A program made the translations under genes and the position numbers. Below, piece by piece: positions 1 to 11,900 of a DNA stretch of 64,000 nucleotides. Position 1 is the first letter of the stretch. Each line of letters begins with the position of its first letter. Below the pieces are notes generated by a model. It was not told the origin of the DNA and did no database searches. It saw only the letters and a list, made by a program, of their open reading frames with translations. The stretch is from Octopus bimaculoides (taxonomy: Eukaryota): assembly GCF_001194135.2 (NCBI RefSeq), contig NC_068985.1, positions 77,710,389 to 77,774,388 of the forward strand, read 5' to 3'.

Positions 1-362
1 AACCATCAACATAACAAACCATAACCATCAACATAACAAACCATAACCATCAAAATAACAAACCTTAACCATCAGCATAACAAACCATAACTATCAACAT
101 AACAAACCATAACCATCAAAATAACAAACCATAACTATCAGCATAACAAACCATAACCATCAGCATAACGAACCATAACCATCAGCATAACGAACCATAA
201 CCATCAGCATAACAAACCATAACCATCAGCATAACAAACCATAACCATCAAAATAACAAACCATAACCATCAAAATAACAAACCATAACCATCAAAATAA
301 CAAACCATAACCATCAGCATAACAAACCATAACCATCAACATAACAAACCATAATCATCAAC
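1..362. repeat. 22-bp minisatellite, about 16 copies, cut by the window start
   Basis: Unit AACCATCAACATAACAAACCAT with CAAC/CAAA/CAGC variants. Confidence 0.95.
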
Positions 363-631
363 ATTGCTGTTGATATCTCTCACACCTATATCTCATAATC
401 ACCTCTTCATTGAAAACTTTATGCTTAAGGTATGGCTATGTGGTTAAGAAGTTTCCTTCAACAACCACAGTATTTTGGATCCAATCCCACTATGCAGTAC
501 CTTGAGTAAGCATCTGCTATTGCTCTCAAACTTAGGAGCTGTCTGTTCAGTTCAGTTCACCAACTGCATACTCTTTCATTTGTAAATTGTAATCAATATC
601 AATCTTTTAGCATTCATATTACTCTGTCAAA

Positions 632-989
632 GAAGCTTGCTTCCCAGCCACATGGCTCCATGTTCAGTCCCACTGCATGGCACCTTAGGCAAGTGTCTTT
701 TACACTAGCCTCAGGTTGACCAAAGCCTTGTTAGTGGATTTGGAAGACAGAAACTGAAAGAACCCTCTATGTGTGCATGTATGTATCTGTGTCTGTGTTT
801 GTTCCCCAGTACCACTTGATAACTGGTGTTGGTGTGTTTACGTCCCTATAACTTAGCGTTTCAGCAAAAGAGACTGATAGAATAAATACAAAAAAAATGT
901 ACTGGGGTCGATTCATTCACCTAAAATTTCTTCGTGCCAGTGCCCCAGTAATGACTGCTTTCTAATGACTGAAACAAGTAAAAGAGAAA
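632..989 (+). mobile_element. tRNA-derived SINE, near full length
   Basis: Head AGAAGCTTGCTTCCCAGCCAC...GGCAAGTGTC, body GACCAAAGCCTTG...TTTGG..GACAGAAACTG, tail ATGACTGAAACAAGTAAAAGA; the same blocks recur many times in the window. Confidence 0.8.
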
Positions 990-2005
990 AGTTAACTTTG
1001 AATTAACCATGCATTATCTCATACCTTCGGAATTTTGATGATGTGATTGTTTATTTCCAGAATGACATCATTGGATAATTGTGATAGATTGAATCTGACT
1101 ATTTTTAACATAAAATGATATAAAACACTTGGGCTGGATATTGTTGATTTAAATGCTAAATACTTGTGAAGAAAACAAGTGAATTAAACTTAATATAAGT
1201 AGGATAGAAATAAGCATGAGTGTGTGGTACAAAGTTTGCTTTACAACCACATGGTTTCAAGTTCCATTCCTCTGTTTACCACTTTTGACAAGTATCTTCT
1301 AAGTTCATGCCTAGCCATTGCTTTGAGAGTTATATTAGTGATTAGTATATAGATGGAGGGAGGGAGGGAGAGAGTTATGTGAATAAACAAATTAGATACA
1401 TTAAATATATTAGATATAATAGTTTGGGTGTATAGATATATTTGTGTGCATTTATTTTACACATGAACACTGTGCAGGCATCAACGGGAAACACAAACTT
1501 AACATGTTTATGTTTCCCATTAGCAATATTGCTTACAACTTAGTGGTTTTGACATGGGGAGGGGGGAATAGGTTGGAAAACACATAACCATAAAACCCTG
1601 AGGTAATGATGATAATTGTCATTTCTACTATAGAAACAAGGCTAGAAATTTTATTCGGTAAAGGGGTTAGTTGTTTACACCAAGCCCAATGCTCAACTGG
1701 TATTTACTTATATTTTGTCGAACCCAAAAGAATGAATAATAATGTGTAACTGTTGAATAGCCTTTAGTAGCAACAATCTACTATAACTTCACACATTGAA
1801 AGTAACAGAGCTACATGTCATCACTGTAATATGTGATCAATTGTACAATGTTGATTTGATTTATTTTATGATTATCAGCTCCTGATGAATTCTGAAGAAT
1901 ACAAAGGCAGGGTTGGAGGCAAATAAAGCTTTAGTTTGTGTTGTATTTTTACATTTTCTTTTGGTGTTTCTTTGTTTTTTAATAATAATAATAATAATAA
2001 TGATA

Positions 2006-2513
2006 ATCCTTTCTACTGTAGGCACAAGGCCTGAAATTTTGCAGGGGTGGGGGACTAGTCAATTACATCAACCCTAGTGCTTTACTGATACTTAATTTAT
2101 CGATCCTGATGGGATGAAAGGCTAAGTCGACCTCGGCAGAATTTGAACTCAGAATGTAGCAGCAGATGAAATACCGCTAAGCATTTTGCCCAGCATGCTA
2201 ATGATTCTGCCAGCTCACTGCCTTAATAATAATAATAATAATAGTAATAATAATAATAATAATAATAATTTCTTTTAATAATAGTGATAATGATGATAAT
2301 GATTTCAAATTTTGACACAAGGCCAGCAGTTTTGCAAGAGGCTGTAAGTCAATTACATCAACCCCAGTACTCAACTGGTACTTATTTTATTGACCCCAAA
2401 AGGACGAGAGGCAAAAACTGACCTCAGCGGAATTTGAATTCAGATTGGGAAGACAGATGAAATGCTGCTAAACCTTACACCCAGCATGCTAATGATTCTG
2501 CCAGCTCGCTGCC
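2006..2513 (-). mobile_element. Two tandem antisense copies of the GAGCTGGCAGAA-type SINE (about 2006-2222 and 2295-2513)
   Basis: Each reads as the reverse complement of GAGCTGGCAGAATC.TTAGCA...GAGTTCAAATT...TTTCATCC...AGTACCAG...GGCCTTGTG; separated by (AAT)n. Confidence 0.85.
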
Positions 2514-2539
2514 CTAATAATAATAATAATAGTAGTAGT

Positions 2540-3260
2540 CTATGAGACACAATGTCAGTCTGGAAACTAAAATAAATGTATACAAATCTTGTATTTTAAG
2601 CACAATTTTATTTGGGGCAGAGGCATGGACTCCCTACTACAGATATGTAAAGAAACTTGAAACTTTCAACATGTCCTGTTTGCTCAACATATGCAACATA
2701 AAACAGCAAGATAAAATATCCAATGCCAAGATTTTTTTAAAATGTGATATCTCCAGTATCTAAGGCATGCTGACGAGAATTCATTGCAGATGGATAGGAC
2801 ATATTGTTTGGATGAAAAATGACTGCATTATGAAAATTCTTCTGTGTGGCCAACAAGTGGAAGGGTAATGCAGCAAAGGAAGACCTCTCCTTAGCTATAA
2901 TGTTAAGTTGAAGCAATCACTAAAATCTCTACAGCATAACCTGACATCTTGGGAAAGTCATTGCCTAGATCGATCTGCATGGTGTAAAATGTATCACAAT
3001 GCATCCAAACAATTTGAGTTGAAGACATTGAACAATAGAACTATATTCTACAATCAACAGACACACTTGCCCAATCCCAGGCAAAAATCAATATCATCAA
3101 TGTCCCCATCGCGACTTCATAACAAAATCCATACCTGGACTGAAATTACATTTACGCAGCCATCACAAATAGTTGCAGTTACTTAGTTCTTTCTTTCTTT
3201 CTTTTTATTACTCTCTTTAAGTCCTCTCCTTCAAACACGCTTACGTTGAAATCAACAAGA
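2540..3260 (+). mobile_element. RTE-clade LINE, 5'-truncated decayed 3' end
   Basis: KINVYKSCILSTILFGAEAWT..Y.KKLETF, then RWIGHIVWM and GRPLL.Y..KLKQSLK, which are RTE post-RT motifs; stops and frameshifts; similar to 7115-7620. Confidence 0.88.
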
Positions 3261-4287
3261 GCAATCATTAGTAGTTTATTATCTGAAATGAATTTTTATT
3301 ATTTTCTTTAACTTTTCTTTTTTTAAATTCCTCTGTCAATATTTTCTTAATCTTTTGCTTTTATTTTTCATCAGAATCAATATATCATCATCAATATCTT
3401 CATAATCAATATTAATTTCAACATCAACTTCATTAACATCATCATCATCATACCTACTTTTCTTTTTTCATTGTTGTTGTTGACTATTGTTTTCCTTCTG
3501 TTCTTTGATCCTTTGTCATTTTCTAACTTTTTTTCTCTTCTATCAATGTCTGTCACTTCCTTCTTCATACTTCTCCCTTTTTCTCTGTCACATACACCTC
3601 ACACAACATTTTATATTCTTCTTGTCTTTCTCGCATTTTAATCTACTTGAAATTTCAGGTCCTTTTCTACTACTGCAACTGATCGCAGTGATTATGATCA
3701 TAGACAATAGGCTTCTTTTAGTTTTCATCTACTAAGGCTTTGACTTAGAACGATGGTGGGAGATACTTGCCCAAGTTGTCATGCAGTACCATGTGGTTGA
3801 GAAGCTAACTTCTCACCACACAAACATGCTCTCACTCATTGGTATAAATTTTCAATTTTTTTTTTTTTTTTTTTTTTTACATCTTTTCATCAATTCAAAC
3901 ATTTGCTGTCACTCAATAAGCAAGATGTAGCTAACAACTAAGTTCATTAAGAATACTCTGCATGTACTCCTTCAGCACTCTTATTAGTGTAACTATGCAT
4001 TATATGGCTGGGTTTGAACTTGCAGTTAGTAATTATCTAACTTTCATAACAACAATAACATTTTGTGACATGTCAATCCCTGATGACAAAGTACTTTTTT
4101 AATATGACTGGTATTTATGAACTTTGTGTCATTCTGTATTTGCAGGAACGCACTGACAGCATTCATGTTTATAACAGTTTCTTCCATGTATATTGTATAA
4201 TATATAATGACCAGCACAATACTTGTGTATTATTTTCAGTTAATATTACAGAATTTGTCTTTTATTGTACTGCATTATTATTATTAT

Positions 4288-4697
4288 TAAGGCAGCAATC
4301 TGGCAGAATTGTTAGCATGCCAGATTCAATGTTTGGCTTTTTGATCCGAGTTCGAATTCTGCCAAGGTCGTCTTTGCTTTTCATCCTTTTGGAATTGATA
4401 AAATAAGTACCTGTTGAACACTCACTGGGGTCAATGTAATTGACTTGCCCCTACCACTAAAATCGCTAGCCTTGTGCCAAAATTTGAAACAAATGGCACT
4501 GAGCTGACTGTCATTAGGACACCGGACAAAATATTAAGCAGCATTTCATCCGTTTTTACATTCTGAGTTCAAATTCCACCAAAGTCAACTGTACCTTTCA
4601 TCCTTTTGGGATCAATGAAATAGGTACCAGTTGAGCACTGGGTTCGATATCATCAACTAACCCCTTCCCTCAAAATTTCAGGCCTTGTGCCTATAGT
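4288..4697 (+). mobile_element. Two tandem sense copies of the GAGCTGGCAGAA-type SINE
   Basis: GGCAGCAATCTGGCAGAATTG at 4291 and GAGCTGACTGTC at 4501, each ending in GCCTTGTGCC. Confidence 0.82.
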
Positions 4698-4734
4698 ATG
4701 TTTAATACATGTATGTGTGTGTGAGTGCGAGAGA

Positions 4735-4885
4735 GAAGAGGTACTGAAAAGTTCCTGGCTTTAAAGGTATCGCAAAAGGCCTGGTTGGGGACCCAACCTT
4801 CCAAGTTCTTTTACAAAGCTTAGAAAAACTGAAGAACAGCAGCAATAGTTTCCTGGTGGTTACAAAAGTGAATTTTAGAGGAATG
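4735..4885. mobile_element. Mariner-derived MITE fragment (one end only)
   Basis: GAGGTACTGAAAAGTTCCTGGCTTT resembles a mariner-type TIR recalled from octopus repeats; the second TIR was not found. Confidence 0.6.
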
Positions 4886-5149
4886 TGACAGCAACAATTG
4901 CAACTATAGAAAGAACAGCAGCAATGGCAGCAACAACACTCCATTGAAGCCATAGAGAATAGCCTGAATGAGGAAGATGATAACATCTAGGACAACAACA
5001 ACATCATAGATCACATCAGAGCTGCCACTGACAACACCACCAAGTAGTAGTAATAGTAATTGCGCTAGCAAAAGTACTAATGGGAATAATTAGTGAAAGT
5101 GGTATAACTTATCAAAAAAAGGAAGCAATTAACTGTGACATGGTTGAGC

Positions 5150-7617
5150 TGTCAGCGACTGAACTGGCTATCGCACTAGGTTTGCTTGGTGAGAAAGGTG
5201 AAGGTTGATTTTTGGAGACCATGCAGGATGAAAAATAAGACCCGGCTTTGGCTGGCAGTCTGTCTAGGAGAAGGCACACTCTGGTTTGAAACTCTCTCGT
5301 CACCTTGGCCTTTTCCTTGGGATAAAGCAGAAGAACCATGAAGCATGAATTAGCTTCGGAGTAACGGTCGGATGAGAATAAGCACCATGCAATGTCATCT
5401 GTTTCCCACTGGAAATCATGGACATCGTATGAATGGTGTGGGGGCTTCATCTGGTATTAAAGCTTGAGCAAATTCCATCTTCACTATTGAGCCAACAGTC
5501 CTGCATCCAAACAGCCTTTTCCCCATGTGGCTTTAATATGCACCAGTGTCTAAGCTATTTGGATGAGTGAGTGTGATGGGTGACACAAGCTCATACCACT
5601 TAAAACAAATTTATTGTGGAGGTAGTTTGAAGGTGAGTTGAAAGTCCTATGGTGACAAAAACTGGCAAAGGGTTCTTGCTTGAAATTCCTTGCCAGAGCC
5701 CCACATATAGGTGGCACAGAGGATGTCTGTCTCTTTGTAGAATCTGAAAGATATCTAAGTGTAACACTGCTTCTCCAATATTGGAGACGAGGTGAGAAAA
5801 GGAACCCTAAAGAAAGTGTTGCTATCAATAAGTTTGCATTAACTGCAGATGTCTAGCCATGCAGTTTATTGCATTTGAGATAAAGATAAGCAGAAAGTTG
5901 GCATATGAACCAAGAATTCATGGTGTTGGCTTTGCTATTAAATCGACTCTACTTTGCAAATTGATATCCATCCATCAAGCTGTTGACGAGTGTCTCATGG
6001 CATTCCATATACTGATAGGTAATTCCTCATCTAATCTCCTACATTATCAGCATCCAAACAAGAGCACCTACTTCAAATTGCAGATAGTTGTCAGTAAAAT
6101 TCCATATAAGGACAGTCATATTGATAGGCAATTTTAATGCTAGAATAGGCAACAAACACACACTGTGATCAAAAGTAATAGGGAAACATGGAACAAGAAA
6201 GATGAATGCAAGCTGTTTTATATCTGCTGTCTTTTTGTTAACAGTTTGGTCTAAGCAGGCAGATAAATATAAAAACATCTGGAAGCACTCCCCCCCCCCT
6301 CGATCTGGTAACTGGCACGTGCTTGACTATGTTATCACTAAGAGCAAAGATTGAAGCAATTTCAGATTAACCAGAGCTCACAAAACTCCCAGGCGTTACT
6401 TGGATCACACAATGGTTTACAGTAAGGTATTTGTTAAACCATATACAAAGAGGCCATTAAAATCTGATATGCCTCTGAAAACAAGCGTGTCTTCTTTAAA
6501 AAATCCAGAAAGGACAAAAAAAAAAAAGACATTTTTTTTTTTTTTAAATGCATCCTGAATTCAAAGCTTGAGAACATAGCAATGATTCTGAAGTTTTGTG
6601 GCAAAATATTTGTGACATCAAATCATCTGCTGAAGAAGTTCTAGGATTTGTCAAATGTAAGGACCAAGATTGGTTTGTTGAGAATGATTATCAAACCAAA
6701 CTCCTCATAAAAACCAAGCACAAAAGACACAAGGCATGGATCTCAAACAAAAGCTCACCATCATTCAGATCCTTATATATCTTTAAGAAAACTACTCAGA
6801 ATAAACTGCATGAGATGAAATATTCTTAATGGGCAAAAAAAAAAAAACAAGAATTGGAACAGGCTGCTAACTCTCACAACCTGAGAGCATTGTATAACAA
6901 TCTGAAAGGTGCATTTGGTTCAAAAATGTGTTGTACAGAACCAATTCTGAAAAGAAGGGCTGAACATTTTAAATCTGTATTAAATCAAGAATCAACTACC
7001 AATTCTGAAGTAATCAATGAAATCCTTATAATTGAGAGGCCTACAGTTGAGGAACTTGTGGAAGATCCTCCCTTGAATGAGTTAACTACTTCTGTTAAAA
7101 AAACTTTCCAACAGTTGTTTGAATGAAAGATGACTGCATTCCGAAAATTCTTTTGTATGGCTGCCAAGTAGAGGGACACTGTGGTAAAGGAAGACTGTCC
7201 TGAGGTATAAGGATAAATTGAAGCAATCACTAAAGTCTCTCCAGCTTAATTTGACACCTTGGGAAAGTCATTGCCTATATCGATCAACATGGCATAAAAT
7301 GTGTCATGATGTACCGAAACAATTTGAGTTGAAGAAACAGAACAATAAAAGATGAAAATCATATCCTGCAATCAGCAGACAAATTTACCGAAGCAAAATC
7401 AAAATCATCAGTGTCCCCACTGTGACTTCCAAGCAAAATCTATACCTGGACTCAAATTACATTCACACATTCATCTCAAATACATGCAGCTTCTTTTATT
7501 CTTTTACTTTCAGAGTTTTTTTTCTTCTTTTTCTCACTTAAATTTTTTTTTTTTTACTTTAAATCCTCTGCTTCAAACACTCATACATCAAAATTGACAA
7601 GAATGACCATCATCATC

Positions 7618-7620
<3 letters not shown>
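5150..7620 (+). mobile_element. RTE-clade LINE relic: 5' UTR, AP endonuclease, linker and 3' end, with the RT core deleted
   Basis: GTCTAGGAGAAGG..ACTCTG 5'-UTR-like motif (about 5263). APE motifs HGVGFAIK, ILIGNFNARIG, VIGKHG and PRSGNWHVLDYVIT; linker KDQDWFVEND and ILKRRAEHF; then a direct jump near 7115 to MKDDCIPKILLYG and a C-terminal CPHC..H..H finger. Confidence 0.88.
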
Positions 7621-7654
<34 letters not shown>

Positions 7655-7704
7655 TTTTCCAAAGGTCAACTTAGCCTTTCATGCTTTTCGGATTGACAAA
7701 TTAA

Positions 7705-7915
7705 GTTGTTGAGCTGGCAGAATTGTTAGCACACTGGGCAAAATGCTGTGTGGCATTTCGTCTACCTTTCTGTTCTAAGTTCAAATTCTACTGATGTTCA
7801 TTTTGCCTTTCATCCTTTCAGAATCAATAAAACAAGTACTAGTTGAACACTAGGGGGCAATGTAATTGACTTACCCCTCCTCTAGAATTGATGGACTTGT
7901 GCCAAAATTTGAAAA
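7705..7915 (+). mobile_element. GAGCTGGCAGAA-type SINE
   Basis: GAGCTGGCAGAATTGTTAGCAC...AGTTCAAATTC...TTTCATCC...TTGTGCCAAAATTTGAAA followed by (ATT)n. Confidence 0.85.
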
Positions 7916-8329
7916 CATTATTATTATTATTATTATTATTATCATTATTATTATTATTATTGCATATCTTTATTGCACAACTAATCTCAACTCTGTATGT
8001 TTTGGTCACATGTAGTGTTTTATCTTTTCCTCTTATATTGAAAACATTATGTAATATATATGCAATGTCCAGTAGTGCTATGCTATTTTCTGTATATTGT
8101 GTATATAAGTGCTGAAATTTGTGCTTTGTATTTATTTCCAGTCTTTCTTAATGGTTCCTGAGGTACCTGTTACTATAAAGTTTGTTTCTGTTTTCCATCC
8201 CCATTCATCTCTCTTTTCAGATCTTTATAATTGTGTAGCTTGGATATCATCATCATCATCATCATCATTTTGATGATGATGAGGTTTCCTTCTTTCAATT
8301 TTGTTTCCATTTCTTGCTGAGGGTCTTCC

Positions 8330-8705
8330 CAACACCTAGAGCAAAGAAACTCACTGTACTTTGATAGGCCATGAAACTAAACACACTAGATAGTTCATTT
8401 TCAAAATCAATTGAAGTTATGTGAAAAAAAAAAAAAAAAATACACGGTCGGTAATTGTTCTCACATCAACAAATGTTCTTCTCAATATGTGTGATGTACC
8501 AGTTAAAACAATCCTTTGTACTTCTTTTGTGGATGGTAAGCCAGGGATCATTCTCAAACAATTTTCAGTTCTTTTTATTTTTATATCATTTCTAGTGCTC
8601 ATTCAATCATTGGTATTGTTTCCGTTTTCATATATGCCACATTGTTTTTGATTTAAATGAGCAAGTCTTTATATTTTCTGACCTTGTCGATTTCATTGAG
8701 TGTGT
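8330..8705 (-). mobile_element. Dong/R4-like (REL endonuclease) non-LTR retrotransposon, 3' fragment
   Basis: Minus strand reads KYKDLLI*..MW..KTETIPMI..AL then RTENCLRMIPGLPSTKEVQRIVLTGTSHILRRT, resembling the R4/Dong C-terminus (IPVIVGALG...QK..L.GT..ILR). Confidence 0.68.
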
Positions 8706-8795
8706 TTGTTTGTTGTTTCATTGTTTCATTTCACTACTAGAAGTGCAGATTATTATCATTGTTGTTATAAGTGTTATGCCTTGCCTTTGTTACAG

Positions 8796-8916
8796 GTTCA
8801 AATACACAAGATGAGGTTGAGGAAGAGAAGGGTAACATGACAGCTGTCATAGTGGCTGCAACCATGGTCCCTGTCATCGTCATACTTATTATTGTCTTGG
8901 TGACTCTAAGTTTCCG
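8796..8916 (+). CDS. PTP exon 1 in window: acidic stalk plus transmembrane helix
   Basis: ttgttacag|GT...TTC CG|gtgagt; (G)[39 protein letters not shown](R); 121 nt, phase 1 to 2. Confidence 0.88.
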
Positions 8917-11900
8917 GTGAGTACTACTGCTGCAGACACTAATATTGTAACTGTTATTTGTTCCTTTGGCATTTTAGGTGCAGATATGGCTGTATGGTTA
9001 AGAAGTTTGTTTTGCAACCACATAGGTTCAGGTTTAACCCTTTAGCATTTAAACTGGCCATATCTGGCCAAAATATTCTTCCTGTCTTACGTTCAAAGTG
9101 GCCAGATGCAGCCTCTCACACCTATCCTACAATGTTAGTCCAAAACATATACAGTCATTTAATCAAAATTTCAAAGCTACAAGGTAATGCAGGGTAAATT
9201 CAAAATAACGTGAATAAATAAGCATTACATTTGATAGAATAATTGGAATGCTAAAGAGTTAACCCATTCTGTGACATAATGGACAAGTGTCTTTTACAAC
9301 GACCTTGAGTTAAAATTTGGTAGACAGAAACTGTACTGTAGCTTGTCGTGAGTGTGTTATATGAATGAGCACAAATTTGGATATTCTGTGCTTATGACTA
9401 CTTCAGTAAAACAATGGTGGTAGTAATATTTCTTTTCAACATTATGAATAATTGATTTGCGTTTTAAAAGATCTCTGGAATAGAATGAATTCTTGTTTGT
9501 AAAACAGGTAAGGTTTGGTGATAGGAAGAGCATCTAACCATAAAATCCTGCTTCAGATAGTGCCCTTCTAATCTCCGCTAGCATGGAAAATTGGACATTA
9601 AGTGAATATAAATTTCTGTGTGTATGCGTGTGCATGCACACGTGCATGTTTTATCATCATTTAATCTTGATGTTCCATGCTGTTATGAGTTTAATGAAAC
9701 CAAGAATTGCATCACACTCTATTATCTTCTTTGGCATGGTTTCTATGCTTGATGCCCTTCCTAATGCTAACCCCATTACAGTATGGACTAGGTGCTTTGT
9801 TTCAAGCCACCAGCACTAGTGAGGTAACCATGCAGCTCACAAGACTATGAACACCAAAGGAGTGTGGTTTTATGCTAGGAAATGAAGGGGTTAATGTATA
9901 ATTTCAAAATTAATACTGCTTAGACAGCAGTGAGATTCATTTATATGCTGCATAAACAATATATCCCTACAGCTCAGTGGTTTAACATGTTAAGACCAAT
10001 GATATGATATAAAGTGCCTTACTAGAAAACAAATAAGAGTCAGCATCTGCTGTAGAATAGTGCCTTAAGATGTCTGGTCCAACCCATACCAACATGGAAA
10101 AGGTGGACATGGAAAATTATGAGAGTAATGAAAAACAAATAATGAAATAATGAAATGTCTGTTCGTTGTTTCATTGGTCCATTTCACTGCTGGAAGTGCA
10201 TATTTGTGTTATGTTTGTTGTTGAAGTAAGCATATGTGCATTATGCATTTACAGAGTGTATTGGGTATATTTTATTGTGGCTCTAACACTAGTGGTATTA
10301 CCTTGTATTCTGTTAGCTTAAATAGTCCTCACTAGTTTACGTTGTGTTCTTGTGCTCAGGACAGAGGAGAGTGAGTGATGACAGAAGAATGAAGATGAGT
10401 GGTGGATTGGAGCATGATCGTAGAGATAGTGAGACAGATACTAATAGAGATGGACATGGTAAGAATGAGTGATGAATGTGAATAGCAAGTGGCTTGGGGG
10501 AAAGAGAGTGGTGAATGGAAATTCAGAAATGAGGATGGTAGAACATATGATGTACAAAAAGATACAATGCAATCCTTTATACATAACTCTTGTGATGAGC
10601 AAGAGAGATGATTAGCGACATTATAGGTTAGTTCCAGTTTCACCCCTTGTTAATGATGTAAATTAATGCATGAATGAAATCAACTGAATCATATTTATGT
10701 CGATAATAAATATAAGCTACCTTACCATAATTCTATCATCTTGTCTGCCATGTTTGAACTAAACTTGAGTTATTTATATGAGTATCTGAAGAAACTTGGT
10801 TATATAAATATTTACAGTAAATATGCATTACCTTGCATAGTTAGTGTCTGATAATTCACTAGTCTCGGGTAAAATCTTTAGGGAATTTAGCAACATCATT
10901 CAAATGAAGAGCAATAGTTGCATTAGTGTTAACATATCTAATCTATTTATTGATTCTCTCATTACTACTTAGGTAAGCACAGCGAAGTTTATGCCTTGCT
11001 CAAGAGGTCTAATAACACCAAAACCTATCAAGAGTTGTTACTCATACTTGCTAAAATAATTTTATTAATGAGCTAATTTTCTTTTTCTTCATAACATAAT
11101 TAATCGTAATACGATTTATGATGCTCCCTTACAGTGAACATATTACCTGTTGTTTCATAAAATGTTTGAACTTGTCTGATAATCTTATGTTTTTGTTGTA
11201 AAATATTTCAGAAACTTACATGTCTGATGTAAAAGGCTTGATAAATAAACTCATCTAACTTGTGTAAAACATTTGAGCTCTTCTGTTATGTAAAATGTTT
11301 GATCAACTTATCTATCTGGTGTAAAATGTTTGTTGTGAAATGACAGGAACCATTTTGTTATGCATTTCAGATCATTGACATGCCGGGAATATTATCAAGC
11401 AGCATATAATTATTTGGCTGTTCCCAGCCACTCACAGTCATCACAGCCGACTGTCATCCCTATACCAGAAACCTATGGTATGTATCTCTTCACTCTTACT
11501 CTTTTAGTCCTCCACAATACCTTATCTATCACATCAACACACACACACACACACAAAATTGGCTATGTTGTGTTGTAGGAAGGGTGTTTGCAATGTCAGA
11601 AAAGACAGGAAACCCTACCAATGTAATTGAATCTCTAGAGAGTATTGAAATATTAAGGAATCTTGAAAGGAAGACAAATTGTTGAACAAGCTACCCTCAT
11701 TTCAAGAATTAATTGCTGTAGATGATAACGATAAAGTAAAATAGATGTTGGGTGAAATCTTTCCTCCAATGTGGATAAGATGTTAAGACTTATCTTGGTT
11801 AAAAGGAAAACTTAGCCAGAATCATTATTGCAGGAAATGCACATATTATGTTATCTTATATGTCAATCAAAATACCTTTGTATTAATTTAGTGAAAGAAA

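Noticed and set aside
425-490. tRNA-like A/B-box sequences here and at other SINE heads
   Set aside because: No cloverleaf or anticodon arm can be formed, and they continue into SINE bodies; they are not tRNA genes.
1875-1925. CTGATGA-ATTC-tgaa-GAAT hammerhead-like start
   Set aside because: No GAAA after stem II and no convincing stems I or III.
3652-3735. Possible upstream extracellular exon after TTTCAG
   Set aside because: No suitable donor site, early stops, and no FN3 or Ig-like motif in any frame.
4880-5050. GCA/ACA-rich stretch that looks like a Ser/Thr/Asn-rich stalk exon
   Set aside because: Stops in all three + frames and no splice sites; it is a degenerate trinucleotide repeat.
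5200-5340. HDV-like ribozyme in the RTE 5' UTR (known for some RTE elements)
   Set aside because: I could not build the nested double pseudoknot by eye in this decayed copy; it needs a consensus and a descriptor search.
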